DNA from: Acidobacteriota bacterium
Lineage (GTDB): Bacteria; Acidobacteriota; UBA6911; RPQK01; JAJDTT01
DNA length: 64,000 nt
Assembly: GCA_965217775.1 (NCBI GenBank)
Contig: CBDCJH010000002.1
Span: 5,856,001-5,920,000 of the forward strand
Direction: 5' to 3'
In this document: positions 17,762 to 27,640 of the stretch, one piece after another
Layout: every line of letters begins with the position of its first letter
Position numbering within the stretch: the first letter of the stretch is position 1
Translations under genes and position numbers: made by a program
The notes under the pieces: generated by a model
Seen by the model: only the letters and a program-made list of their open reading frames with translations
Database searches by the model: none
Told to the model about the DNA's origin: nothing

Positions 17762-18963
17762 CAGATACTCCGAATCCGGACCAGAGATTTGTCGATGTCG
17801 GCGATTCTGGCGACGCCGGCCATCCCCATATCCAGCGCCAACTCCACTCGCAGTAGTTCCAGTACCCGCGAAACACCCCGGTGGCCGAAGCAGGTCAGCC
17901 CCCAGAGATAGGGACGAGCCACACCCACCGCCGTAGCTCCCAGAGCAAGGGCCTTCAGGATGTCGCCGCCGCGGCGAAATCCTCCGTCGACCAGCACGGG
18001 CAGGCGGCCCTTGGCCGCGGCGACGCACTCGGGCAGAGCCTCGATGGTGCCGCCCACATGATCCAGTTGCCGGGCCCCGTGGTTGGAGACCACGACCGCC
18101 GCCACGCCCCGCTCGGCGCACTTGGCGGTGTCCTCGGCGGTCATGACGCCCTTGATCATGAGCGGCAGATCCGTCATCGCCATCAGCCGGTCGATCGTCT
18201 CCCAGGTCGGAGTGGGAAAGGGCCGCTCGGGATAGACGCCGGTGCGCCAGGGACGGTCCTGGGGCTGGTAGATCAGATTGCCGTCGGCGTCCCTGGGGAT
18301 TCCGGTTTCGCACCAGCGGCGCACGAATCGGTGGTAGATGCTCCGTTCCCGGTAGGAGACATGCATGTTGTCGACGGTGAAGCAGATGCCGCCGGCCCCC
18401 AGATCCTCCAGCCGCTCCACGAAGTCCAACATGCTGTCTTCGGTGCGGAACTCACCCCCGGTGGTGTATTGCCACCATGGTTCGGGTCCCTCGCCCGACT
18501 CCAGGAATTCGTCGATGCCGCCGTTGGTGACGAACATGGCTCCGGAAGCCGCCGCGCCGCGGGCGGCCTCCTCTTCTCCCCCCGGAAAGAAGCAGTTCTT
18601 GCCGCCGGCCGGACAGACGAAGATGGGATAGTCCAGTTTCCGTCCCAGGAAGTCGACGGAGGTGTCGATCTTGTGGACGTCGGTCAGGATCTTGGGCCGG
18701 AGGATGATCCGCTCGAAGGCTTTCCGGTTGTCGCGGAGGGACACTTCGTCCTGGGAGCCTTCGGCCATGTAGTCCCACGCCACTGGGTCCAATTTGGACT
18801 GGGCCAACTTGGCGAAGTCGAACACGTTGACCAGATCCAGAAGCTGCTTCTGGTTTTCCGGGGACGAAAGCGCGGATTCGAGCAGGCCGGTCCGTCCCGC
18901 CAGAAGTGGTGAAGAGATCAGGAACTGGGCAAAGGCTGCTAGGGCGTGACGTCGAGTGAGCAT
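17761..18963 (-). CDS. FMN-dependent alpha-hydroxy acid oxidase/dehydrogenase with Tat-like signal
   Basis: SNHGARQLD, DGGFRRGGDILKALALGA, IKGV; N-terminus MLTRRHALAAF. Confidence 0.9.
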   Translation of the reverse strand: MLTRRHALAAFAQFLISSPLLAGRTGLLESALSSPENQKQLLDLVNVFDFAKLAQSKLDPVAWDYMAEGSQDEVSLRDNRKAFERIILRPKILTDVHKIDTSVDFLGRKLDYPIFVCPAGGKNCFFPGGEEEAARGAAASGAMFVTNGGIDEFLESGEGPEPWWQYTTGGEFRTEDSMLDFVERLEDLGAGGICFTVDNMHVSYRERSIYHRFVRRWCETGIPRDADGNLIYQPQDRPWRTGVYPERPFPTPTWETIDRLMAMTDLPLMIKGVMTAEDTAKCAERGVAAVVVSNHGARQLDHVGGTIEALPECVAAAKGRLPVLVDGGFRRGGDILKALALGATAVGVARPYLWGLTCFGHRGVSRVLELLRVELALDMGMAGVARIADIDKSLVRIRSI

Positions 18964-19139
18964 CAAGGACGATCGGTTTTTCGGCAGACCCGCTTCGGGT
19001 TCAGTTTAGCAGTTGCCGGACCGCCCCGAAACCCGGCACCTAGATCGGACTGACGCCAAAGCCGGTGAACCGTAGCCTCGGCGCTTGGTCGCGGCCGGAG
19101 CGCTTGTGGAATAATTGCGGCCCAACCGGGAGGGGCGCC

Positions 19140-20132
19140 ATGGAGTTGACCTGGGAGCTGACGGACGCGGACCGGGAGTTGTTCAAAAGGGAGTTGGACA
19201 GCTTCGTCCCGGACCGGATCTACGACGTCCACGCCCACCTGTACGAGCTGTGGCAGTGGAAGAAGCCGACGATCCTGGAAGGAGGTCCCGAGAAGTTGCC
19301 CCTGGAGCGGTACCAGGAAGAGATCCAGTGGATCACTCCCGGACGGGAGACCCATGCCCTGTTCTTCGGCGGCGGACTCCACGAGGAGACCTTCCGGGCC
19401 TCAAACGAGTACGTGGCGGCTCAAGTGGCCAAGGATCCGGCCTCGCGGTCGCTGCTCATCGTTTCCCCGCACATGGACCCGGAGGAGGTGCGCCAGGAGG
19501 TCCGGCGCCTCTCCATGGTGGGCTTGAAGGTGTACCAGCATTTCGCTCCGGGCGAGGAGACCTGGGAAGCGGAGATCGAGGAGTTCCTGACCGAGGAGCA
19601 CGTACGGGTCGCTCACGAAGAGGAACTGGTGATCATGCTCCACATGGTCAAGAGCCGTGCCCTGGCGGATTCGGTCAACCAGGCCACCATCCGGCACTAT
19701 TGCGAGACCTATCCCAGGATGCGGCTGGTCTTGGCGCACTCGGGAACGGCCTTCAATCCCCATCACACGGCCCAAGGCATCCACTCCCTGGCGGGCCTCG
19801 ACAACGTCTGGTTCGATACCTCCGCCATGACCGAGACGGGCGCCTTCGAGCCCATCGTCCGTCAGTTCGGCCACACTCGCCTGATGTGGGGGTCCGACTA
19901 TCCCATCAGCCATCTGCGAGGGAGATGTGTCGCCATCGGCGACAATCACATCTGGCTCTACGAGAACAACGTGGACTGGGACGCCCTCTCCTATCGAAAT
20001 ATCCGGCCCGTCTACCTGGGCCTGGAATCATTGCGGGCGCTCAAGGTGGCCGCCTGGAACCTGCGCCTCTCCGACTCCCAGATCGAGGACGTCTTCTGGA
20101 CCAACGCCCGCAAGCTGTTGCGACTGGAGTAG
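19140..20132 (+). CDS. Amidohydrolase family protein (amidohydro_2)
   Basis: DVHAH, GLKVY, VLAHSG, WFDTS, MWGSDYP. Confidence 0.85.
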   Translation: MELTWELTDADRELFKRELDSFVPDRIYDVHAHLYELWQWKKPTILEGGPEKLPLERYQEEIQWITPGRETHALFFGGGLHEETFRASNEYVAAQVAKDPASRSLLIVSPHMDPEEVRQEVRRLSMVGLKVYQHFAPGEETWEAEIEEFLTEEHVRVAHEEELVIMLHMVKSRALADSVNQATIRHYCETYPRMRLVLAHSGTAFNPHHTAQGIHSLAGLDNVWFDTSAMTETGAFEPIVRQFGHTRLMWGSDYPISHLRGRCVAIGDNHIWLYENNVDWDALSYRNIRPVYLGLESLRALKVAAWNLRLSDSQIEDVFWTNARKLLRLE

Positions 20133-20180
20133 CCCGCCGGCCCGATGCGGCGCTGCTTGCTCCGGCGGTCCGGCGCCCGG

Positions 20181-20363
20181 CTACTTGTCCCGGATCTGAA
20201 TCAGCACCAGGGTGACCGCGAAGGCTAGGAATCCGACGGCCCCTCTCCAGTAGACCACCGCCTCGTTGCCCAACAGATTCCCTCCGCCCAGGAAGCGGGC
20301 CAGAGTCCCCACGATGAAGGCCAGTGCGGCCAAGAGGATCAGGGTGTTGATCAGTCGATTCAT
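20181..20363 (-). CDS. Small two-TM membrane protein
   Basis: GGGGAG RBS; 60 aa with two hydrophobic helices. Confidence 0.6.
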   Translation of the reverse strand: MNRLINTLILLAALAFIVGTLARFLGGGNLLGNEAVVYWRGAVGFLAFAVTLVLIQIRDK

Positions 20364-20471
20364 GGAAGCTCCCCTTCTTGCCCGGTCAAGCACGGAGTCG
20401 CCAAGCGTTCTGCTGCTCGACGAAAATACGGGCCGGAATCAATCACGGATAATCGTGTGGATCATCGCCCA

Positions 20472-20911
20472 TCACCTTCTGTGACGAGGCGGGTGTCGCG
20501 ACTGGTATTGAGAGACCTGCAATGCGACCTCCTCGGTCGCTCGAATGAGCGCCTCGACCAAAGGCTCGTTGACGTCGATATCGCCTTCGTATTCGGACAG
20601 GTTCCGTTTTCGATGGGCCTGGTCCAGCACGCGCCATTTTTGGTTCGGAAAATCCTGCGTTTGGCGGAGGCATTGAAACACGATGTAGCGGTTTCTGTTC
20701 CGATACCCGGCGATCCGCAACGCCCCCAACGATAACGCGTGCGCCGCGTTATACGCCAAGTCGAAACGGGACTCGATACTCAGATCGCTGTTTTTCGCAT
20801 CTGCCAGTCCGCCAATCCCGACCGGACTAAGCCAACGACTTCCCCACTCGCCGGCGCTTCCGCCTTGAGAACGCCGATCCTTACGAGATTGTCGAGTCCT
20901 TCATGCGGCAT
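20472..20911 (-). pseudogene. HEPN-type toxin partner of MNT, frameshifted
   Basis: MPHEGLDNLVRIGVLKAEAP...SGLA, then a 1-nt shift near 20808 to LADAKNSDLSIESRFDLAYNAAH...HRKRNLSEY (RxxxxY HEPN-like motif). Confidence 0.7.
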
Positions 20912-21560
20912 CGACGGAACCTATGAGTAGGATGTGTGGGCCTTGGAGGACCCTGTTCAGAAACCCGGCCCCGGTCGCTCGACGCCGCCGGAACTCACTC
21001 GACGTGTATAGAGTCGGGCTCACGCGCCGACCAAGCCTCTTTTCGACAGGGGCCAGGGCAACGCAGGTCGCTTCCAACGTCAGTTCATCGGAGACCAGAA
21101 GAAGATCGATGTCGCTCGCTGCCGTGTCCGCTTGTTTTGCGACCGATCCATAGAGCAGGGCCAGTTTGAGTTTGTCCGCGAGCGGCTGGAGCGCGGCGCG
21201 AACCGGTTCCTTTAGGCCCACGGTCTTTCTGATGATGCTGCACAACTCGTGGAACAGAGGCGAGTCGCGATTTGCCTGGTAGTGTTTCTGGTTGCCGATC
21301 CTGGAAACCGTCGCCAAACCGCTCTCGGCGAGGCGGCGCAGTTCGCGTTGAACAGCGCCACGCCCCGAGCCTGCCAAGGCGATGATCTCGGTGACGAAGA
21401 AACTGCGGTCCGGCTGACCGAACAGCAGAGCGAACACGCGCTTTTGCGTCGTCGTGAACAGCGCATCGGCCAGCGAGGAACCGACAAGTCCGTCGTTCCG
21501 CCGCTTCGATGCGAGAGGATACGGGGTGGTTTCCGGGGAGTCCGAATCGTTCATACCCAT
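20901..21560 (-). CDS. wHTH + minimal nucleotidyltransferase (MNT) antitoxin
   Basis: N-terminal HTH (GSGRGAVQRELRRLAESGL); LYGSVAK...SDIDLLLV. Confidence 0.85.
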   Translation of the reverse strand: MGMNDSDSPETTPYPLASKRRNDGLVGSSLADALFTTTQKRVFALLFGQPDRSFFVTEIIALAGSGRGAVQRELRRLAESGLATVSRIGNQKHYQANRDSPLFHELCSIIRKTVGLKEPVRAALQPLADKLKLALLYGSVAKQADTAASDIDLLLVSDELTLEATCVALAPVEKRLGRRVSPTLYTSSEFRRRRATGAGFLNRVLQGPHILLIGSVDAA

Positions 21561-21590
21561 TTCGGGGATAATAGTACCTGAAATGGGTAT
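21553..21590. promoter_or_regulatory. Operator palindrome overlapping the MNT promoter and start
   Basis: ATACCCATTTC-N16-GAAATGGGTAT; contains TATTAT 7 nt before the ATG. Confidence 0.65.
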
Positions 21591-21846
21591 TTCAAGCCGT
21601 CCACCATACGGACTGGATGGGCCAAGCCGTCGAGGATCGCCGTGTTTCTTGAATCCGTGCGAGTCCCTGCCACCCTCTGTCCTTGCCTCTTACACGAGAT
21701 TTTGGGAGTTACGTTTCCAAGGATAGGCTTACTGTATAAGCCCCATTGCAAGGGATGTCTGGGCGCCCAGACGGCAGTGCATGGAAAGCGGCGGCCTTTC
21801 TGGGAGAATGCGCAAATCGTTGGTCACTGCCGCTACGACCATGCTT

Positions 21847-22540
21847 CTACAACTCTTCTCCCCATGTATTGAGGGGTCGTAAAAGCGCTTCAGTGATAGA
21901 GGACTCGAGTTCCTTGACGAGTGCACGATCATGGCTGACTTCGACGAACTCGGAAAGCTCGAAGAGGGCATCCTCTACGTCTGGTTGAGACAGGCTCGTC
22001 ATTTCCACGATTTGGCTCACCCTCAGCTGCGGATCGCGAAAGATAGCGTACTTGGTGGTCTGGACGAAAAGCTTCGCAACGGTGGAAGCTGCCGCAGAAT
22101 AGTCGGTCTCGGTTTCAACGGACTGGGTTACGACTTCCGGAGGTGGCCCGAGCGGCGGCCTTTTAGTGATGCCGTATATATCGTTGATGAGTTGGTTCAT
22201 CCTAGTTTCAAAGTCTGGCAGATCCGGCGACAACATCCCTGAGAACAACGGTGGCAGCATGTCAGGTGGCAGACCATGACGCAGAGGGATGAAACTACAT
22301 TGATTGCGAATCTTCAGAACAGTAATGAATCCATCTCCTGATTGACCCACGGCTTTGTCAGCGACCTTGGTGTGAGCAGCACAATGAAGTGCGTACAGTT
22401 GCCAAGGCCTTCGTCAATTTTTTGCCTCAAACTGTCGCCCGAGCGGATGCACCATTCGGCCCACCATGTGTCGATGCCGTTACCGTGGAGAATCGCAGCA
22501 ATCCTTTTGGTTAGCTTGCGATCTTCCCAGGCATGGCTCT
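21847..22540 (-). pseudogene. TIR-domain protein remnant (5' truncated, frameshifted)
   Basis: SHAWEDRK...GIDTWWAEWCIRSGDSLRQKIDEGL...FIVLLTPRSLTKPWVNQEMD, then a frame change near 22325 to KIRNQCSFIPLRHGLPP... Confidence 0.75.
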
Positions 22541-22617
22541 TCCGGACACGGTTCCGCGTTGCATTTGCTTCTGCGCCGCATGATAATGTCATGCACAATA
22601 TCAAAGGAGAATCAGTC

Positions 22618-22881
22618 ATGGCTGCAAATCAACTCGTCCAGGCCCGCATTGACGGGGCCGTCAAGGAAGAGGCGGCCGCCGTGCTGGCCGCGATTGGCTT
22701 GACGGTGTCCGATGCGGTGCGGCTGCTGTTGACCAAGGTTGCTCAGGAAAAGAGACTGCCGTTCGCGCCGCTGATTCCAAACGAAGCCACCATCGAGGCA
22801 ATGAAGGAAGCCCGAAAGGGCGGTCTTTCTAAGTTCGACAACGTGCAGGCCCTGATGGACGACCTGCATGCGCAAGATTGA
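22618..22881 (+). CDS. dinJ: RelB/DinJ family antitoxin
   Basis: AGGAG RBS; VQARIDGAVKEEAAAVLAAIGLTVSDAVRLLL...PNEATIEAM. Confidence 0.9.
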   Translation: MAANQLVQARIDGAVKEEAAAVLAAIGLTVSDAVRLLLTKVAQEKRLPFAPLIPNEATIEAMKEARKGGLSKFDNVQALMDDLHAQD

Positions 22882-23149
22882 GCGCACCAGCCAGTTCAAG
22901 CGCGATTACAAACGCGAGGCCAAGGGCCGGCATCGGGCGTCACTGGACGCTGCGTTGGTGCCCCTCCTGGTGGCCTTGGCTGCTGACCGGCCATTGGAAC
23001 CCCGGCACCACGACCATTCGTTGAGCGTTAACTGGAAGGATCACCGCGATTGCCATGTGAAGCCCGATTTGGTGCTGATTTACCTGAACCCCGGCACCGG
23101 CACGTTGCGGCTGGTTCGCCTCGGGTCCCATTCGGAACTCGGGCTTTGA
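22868..23149 (+). CDS. yafQ: YafQ family mRNA interferase toxin
   Basis: TSQFKRDYK...DHSL..NWKDHRDCHVKPDLVLIY...RLGSHSEL; overlaps dinJ. Confidence 0.9.
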   Translation: MRKIERTSQFKRDYKREAKGRHRASLDAALVPLLVALAADRPLEPRHHDHSLSVNWKDHRDCHVKPDLVLIYLNPGTGTLRLVRLGSHSELGL

Positions 23150-23207
23150 CGATCTCCGTGCGATCATCCCGGCCCGGGTAAGAAATGCGGACTGTTAAGG
23201 AGACACA

Positions 23208-24704
23208 ATGATCAGATCAAGTTGCCGCCGGGGCTGCGGGGGCCGGTCTCGGGCCGGGAGTCCGGGCATCTTTCTCCCGATCCTGATGTTCCTCGTTTCA
23301 CAACCGCACAATGTGGCCGGTGAACCGGTCCGGGACATCGGCTCCCGGTTGGAGCTTTTCCTTGACGACTACGTGATCGACCGCCTGCAAGGCGCCCGCC
23401 TCAAGCTTCACATCCCCCGGTCCAAGGGCATCGTGCTGCGTTTCGATCAGCCTTGGGAAGGGGAGTTTTCCGGATTTCCCAGGATCGTCGACGACGCCGG
23501 CGTCTACCGCATGTACTACCGGGGCCTCCCTCCCTGGAAGAAAGGGGAACCGCTGGTGGAATCCACCTGCGTGGCCGTGAGCCGTGACGGTATCCGCTGG
23601 GAGAAGCCCAACGTGGGACGGATCGAACTCCTGGGCACGACCCGGAACAACGCCATCTTCGTGGGGAGCGGGTTCGCTCCCTTTCTGGATACCCGTCCCG
23701 GGGTGCCCCACTCCCAGCGCCTCAAGGCACTCAAGGCGCCGCCGCGGTTGAAGACCGAGATCGGCGTCAGGGCCTACCTTTCCCCCGACGGCGTCCATTG
23801 GGAGGAGATGCACGATGCCTATCCCGGGGACCGGTTGGGAAGCGTCTTTTGGAGCCCGGTGGAAGATCGCTACGCCCAGTACGTCCGGTCCGACGACGAG
23901 AGGAGCGGAGAGCTGATCCGTTCCGTCAGCCGGGCCACCTCCTCGGATTTCATGGCCTGGGGGGAGTTCTCCTTCATGGACTTCGGTTCGAACCGTCCCA
24001 CCCGGGAGGAGCAGCTCTACACCATCGGTGTCCGTCCCTATTTCCGGGCGCCCCACATCTACTTGGCGCTGGCCGCCCGTTTCCTGCCCAACAAGAGGTC
24101 CCTCACCGAGGAAGAGTGCCGAGAATTGGGACGGCATCCGTTGGGAGGCGGTTGCAGCAGCATCGCCGATGCCGTTTTGCTGAGCATCCGCGCCTCCGAG
24201 CCCAACCGGATTCGGTGGACCTTCCCGGAAGCCTTCGTCCGGCCGGGGCTGGAAGCCAGCAGTTGGAGCGCCAGGACCAACTACCCGGGGAAGGGCTTCA
24301 TCGCCACCTCGGAGGAAGAGATCTCCTTCTACGTCCAGCGGGACTACGGATTCAAGACCAACGGACTCGAACGCTTCGTAGTGCGGACCGACGGTTTCAC
24401 CTCGGTTAGGGCGCCTTACGGCGGGGGCGAATTCCTGACCCGGCCCCTGCGATTCTCGGGAAACGAGCTGGTTTTGAACTACGCCACGTCGGCGGCTGGT
24501 GGGATCCGGATCGAGATCCAGGACCGGCATGGAGAGCCGATCCCGGGACGGACTCTGGACGACTGCCCGGAAATCATCGGCGACGAGATCGAGCGGGTCG
24601 TGCGTTGGAAAGAGGGTTCCGCTCTGGGGCGGCTGCAGGGGACGGTCGTCCGTTTGCGCTTCGTGATGAAGGACGCCGATCTCTATTCGATCCGATTCCG
24701 CTGA
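23208..24704 (+). CDS. Secreted five-bladed beta-propeller glycoside hydrolase-like protein (GH32/43 clan-like)
   Basis: RLELFLDDY, SRDGIRWEKP and SPDGVHW Asp-box-like motifs, C-terminal RTDGF...DADLYSIRF domain. Confidence 0.7.
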   Translation: MIRSSCRRGCGGRSRAGSPGIFLPILMFLVSQPHNVAGEPVRDIGSRLELFLDDYVIDRLQGARLKLHIPRSKGIVLRFDQPWEGEFSGFPRIVDDAGVYRMYYRGLPPWKKGEPLVESTCVAVSRDGIRWEKPNVGRIELLGTTRNNAIFVGSGFAPFLDTRPGVPHSQRLKALKAPPRLKTEIGVRAYLSPDGVHWEEMHDAYPGDRLGSVFWSPVEDRYAQYVRSDDERSGELIRSVSRATSSDFMAWGEFSFMDFGSNRPTREEQLYTIGVRPYFRAPHIYLALAARFLPNKRSLTEEECRELGRHPLGGGCSSIADAVLLSIRASEPNRIRWTFPEAFVRPGLEASSWSARTNYPGKGFIATSEEEISFYVQRDYGFKTNGLERFVVRTDGFTSVRAPYGGGEFLTRPLRFSGNELVLNYATSAAGGIRIEIQDRHGEPIPGRTLDDCPEIIGDEIERVVRWKEGSALGRLQGTVVRLRFVMKDADLYSIRFR

Positions 24705-24710
24705 ATCGCC

Positions 24711-26315
24711 ATGGGTGTCACGCGAAAACCTGAACTGGATCGGCGCAGCTTCCTGGCCGGTTCCACCGCGGTCCTGGCAGCGGGGCGGGGACTGCTGGGC
24801 CGGGAACGAGCCTCCCAAGAGCGAAAGCCGGGTTATCGGATCGTCTACAACGACGATTCCAATGCGCCCATCCTGATGTCCGAGAGCCTGGAGCACTTCC
24901 TGGAGCTGGCCGTCGATCGTTTCCGGGACACCCAGGTGGATGCCCTCTTCTGGAACGTCATCTCCAGCGACGTGCTCCACTATCCCTCGGAAGTGGCCGA
25001 GATGGTGGGCGCTCACCTGGAACGATTCGAATCGGCCGGCTACTTCCAGTGGTATCAGCGCCTGATGAAGATCATCGACGAGCGGCCCGACTATCTCCAG
25101 GCCATGGCCGACCGGGCCCGGCCCAGGGGCCTGGAGTTCTTCGCCTCGCTGCGGATGAACGACTGTCACGAAAGCCCGGTCTGGAAGGCGATGGACACAT
25201 ACAGTCGGTACCGGAAAGAGCATCGCCAGTTTCTGCTGGGAGACTCGGTCCACCCTGGCTTCAGCACCGGATTCGATTTTGCACATGAAGAGGTCCGTGA
25301 GCGCCGCTACCGGATCATCGAGGAACTGGCTACTCGATATCGGCTCGACGGCATCGAGCTGGACTTCTTGCGGCATCCGGCCTATTTCAAACCGGACGAG
25401 GCCTACCGGAACCGGCATCTCATCACCGGCCTGGTCCGCCGGGTTCGGGAACTGCTGGATCGGCATCAGGAGGAGACGGGCCGCCGGGTCCGGCTTGCGG
25501 TCCGGGTCGCCACGCCGATGGAGATCTCGAAACGCATGGGCCTCGACGTGGAGACCTGGATCCGGGAAGGACTGCCCGACCTGGTCATCGCCGCCACGCC
25601 CCGAGGCTTCGAGCTGAGCCTTCCCCTGGAAAAGTATGTGGAAGCGGTTCGAGACCGCCCCATCACCCTGCTGGCCCAGTTGGGCTGGCACCAGCCGGTG
25701 AAGGAAGCCCGCGGCGCGGCCTTGAACTTCTGGGACCAGGGGGCCGACGGGATCTATCTCTTCAACTGGTACTCGCGGAAGGACCGGCGTCACGAATCGT
25801 TGGGGGAAATCGGCGATCCCGGCCTTCTGCGGCGGCGGGACAAGGTCTATCCGGTCCATTCCCAGGAGGGAGATCTGTGGGCCGGGACCCACCCTCCCGC
25901 CCAACTTCCCTTGCGCTTGTCCCCCGCTCCTCCGGAAGGCGGGGTTGAAATCCAGCTCAGGATCGGGGACGACGTGACGGCTGACGTTGCAGCCGGACGC
26001 CTCAGGAGTGCCCGGCTACGGATGCGGTTCGAGGAGATTCATTCCGCGGACAGGGTGGAAGTGTTGCTGAACGGAGTCGCCCTGGCGCCTGAGACCGGCA
26101 AGCTCAGGATCGACGACGCTCACATGTACATCTGGAAGTACTGGATCGAGTATGAGTTGCCGGTTCCTCCGCTGCGGGCTGGAATCAACCGTTTTCAAAT
26201 CCGGCTCGCTCACCGGAACCCCCGACTGGACGGGCCGGTAGCCCTGGTGGAGTTGAAGGTAGAGATGGATTACCGGGAGCCAGGAAAGAGGACAGAGCAA
26301 AGAGGAAAGAGTTAA
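24711..26315 (+). CDS. Tat-exported GHL10 (DUF187)-like TIM-barrel protein
   Basis: DRRSFLA; SLRMNDCH, DFAHEEVR, RYRLDGIELDFLR, GADGIYLFN. Confidence 0.75.
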   Translation: MGVTRKPELDRRSFLAGSTAVLAAGRGLLGRERASQERKPGYRIVYNDDSNAPILMSESLEHFLELAVDRFRDTQVDALFWNVISSDVLHYPSEVAEMVGAHLERFESAGYFQWYQRLMKIIDERPDYLQAMADRARPRGLEFFASLRMNDCHESPVWKAMDTYSRYRKEHRQFLLGDSVHPGFSTGFDFAHEEVRERRYRIIEELATRYRLDGIELDFLRHPAYFKPDEAYRNRHLITGLVRRVRELLDRHQEETGRRVRLAVRVATPMEISKRMGLDVETWIREGLPDLVIAATPRGFELSLPLEKYVEAVRDRPITLLAQLGWHQPVKEARGAALNFWDQGADGIYLFNWYSRKDRRHESLGEIGDPGLLRRRDKVYPVHSQEGDLWAGTHPPAQLPLRLSPAPPEGGVEIQLRIGDDVTADVAAGRLRSARLRMRFEEIHSADRVEVLLNGVALAPETGKLRIDDAHMYIWKYWIEYELPVPPLRAGINRFQIRLAHRNPRLDGPVALVELKVEMDYREPGKRTEQRGKS

Positions 26316-26394
26316 AGAGGGGGTTGGTGGCGGGGCAGTTTGCCGTGGGTTGTCTTCAGTTGCAGTATGTAAGCAAGGGAAAAGGAGATCGATC

Positions 26395-27615
26395 ATGATC
26401 CGACGGGATTTTCTGAAGACCGCGGCGGGGACGGCAGCCGCATTGGGCACGGGGTCCTCCGCCGCACCTGCGGCCGAGACGGCAGGAACGACCTATCGAG
26501 CCGGCGTCATCGGCCTGGGCTGGACCGGCGTCCTTTACGATCTGGCCGGGCGGGGTGGTGAACACCGGCAGGGAACCCATTGGGACCCGGCCTACGACCT
26601 GGAGGGAGACCGCCCCACGCCCGACGAGATCGACGTTCACCGGAAGTTCTACCACCACGATCATCCCGGGAACGAGGGACTGCCCATCTCCTACTCGGAA
26701 GCGCTTCACTCCCGTCCCGAAGTGGAGCTGGTGGCGGGAGCGGAGCGGGACCGGAAACGGCTGGCGATCTTCGGGGAGCGCTATGGAATCGAGTCCCTCT
26801 ACACCGACGCCATCGAGATGCTGCGCCACGAACGGTTGGACATCGTCGCGGTCTGCACCAACGTCAAGGGCCGGTCCTTCCTGACCTGCGCCGCGGTGGA
26901 GCACGGGGCCAAGGCGGTGATCACGGAGAAGCCCATGGTCTTCACCCTGGAGGAGGCGGACCGGATGGTCCAGGCCTGTGCCGAGCGTGGCGTGCCGCTG
27001 GTGGCGGGCGCCATCAGCACGGTCCATCCCTCTTTCGAGAAGGCCAAGCAATTGGTCCAAGACGGAACCATCGGAAAGGTGGTTTCCATCGAGGCGGGCT
27101 TCTACCTCTCCCAGCATCAGAACTGGACCTACTTCATCGACAGTCCGCCCGCGTGGGTGTGCGGCACCGGAGACCTGCCCCGGCTGGAGAACGGCAGCGA
27201 CGAGTTCCGCGGCCAGGGGATGATGGTCACCCGGAACGGTCAGGTGGTCCACTATCGGCCCGGCGGTCCCATGCTCCGGGTCAGTGGGTCGAAGGGGGAG
27301 ATCACATTCGACCGCATTGAAGGAGGATGGAGGATCTGGCGGGACGTGAAGTCTCTGACCGGCCGGGCGCGGCGAGTCGAAGTTCCCTGGCCCAATCCCA
27401 AGTTCGTGGGTTCCTATGGAGCCGTGAACTGCCTTGACGACGCCCTGCGGTGCCTGGCTGGAGACCTGGACGAACCCAAGAACTCGGGCCGCCGTGTGGC
27501 TCAGGCCATCGAGGTGGAGATCGCCCTCAAGCTTTCCTCGGATCGTGGCGGCGAGCGGGTGGAGCTGCCCCTGGCCGACCGGTCGCTGGGCCTGAAATAC
27601 GCCTGGTTCCGTTGA
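26395..27615 (+). CDS. Tat-exported Gfo/Idh/MocA family oxidoreductase
   Basis: IRRDFLK; GVIGLG; ITEKPM. Confidence 0.85.
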   Translation: MIRRDFLKTAAGTAAALGTGSSAAPAAETAGTTYRAGVIGLGWTGVLYDLAGRGGEHRQGTHWDPAYDLEGDRPTPDEIDVHRKFYHHDHPGNEGLPISYSEALHSRPEVELVAGAERDRKRLAIFGERYGIESLYTDAIEMLRHERLDIVAVCTNVKGRSFLTCAAVEHGAKAVITEKPMVFTLEEADRMVQACAERGVPLVAGAISTVHPSFEKAKQLVQDGTIGKVVSIEAGFYLSQHQNWTYFIDSPPAWVCGTGDLPRLENGSDEFRGQGMMVTRNGQVVHYRPGGPMLRVSGSKGEITFDRIEGGWRIWRDVKSLTGRARRVEVPWPNPKFVGSYGAVNCLDDALRCLAGDLDEPKNSGRRVAQAIEVEIALKLSSDRGGERVELPLADRSLGLKYAWFR

Positions 27616-27640
27616 GCAATAGAGAGGTGGCCACCTGAGG

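Noticed and set aside
20400-23200. Prophage or integrative element around the TA islet
   Set aside because: No integrase, tRNA or flanking direct repeats found
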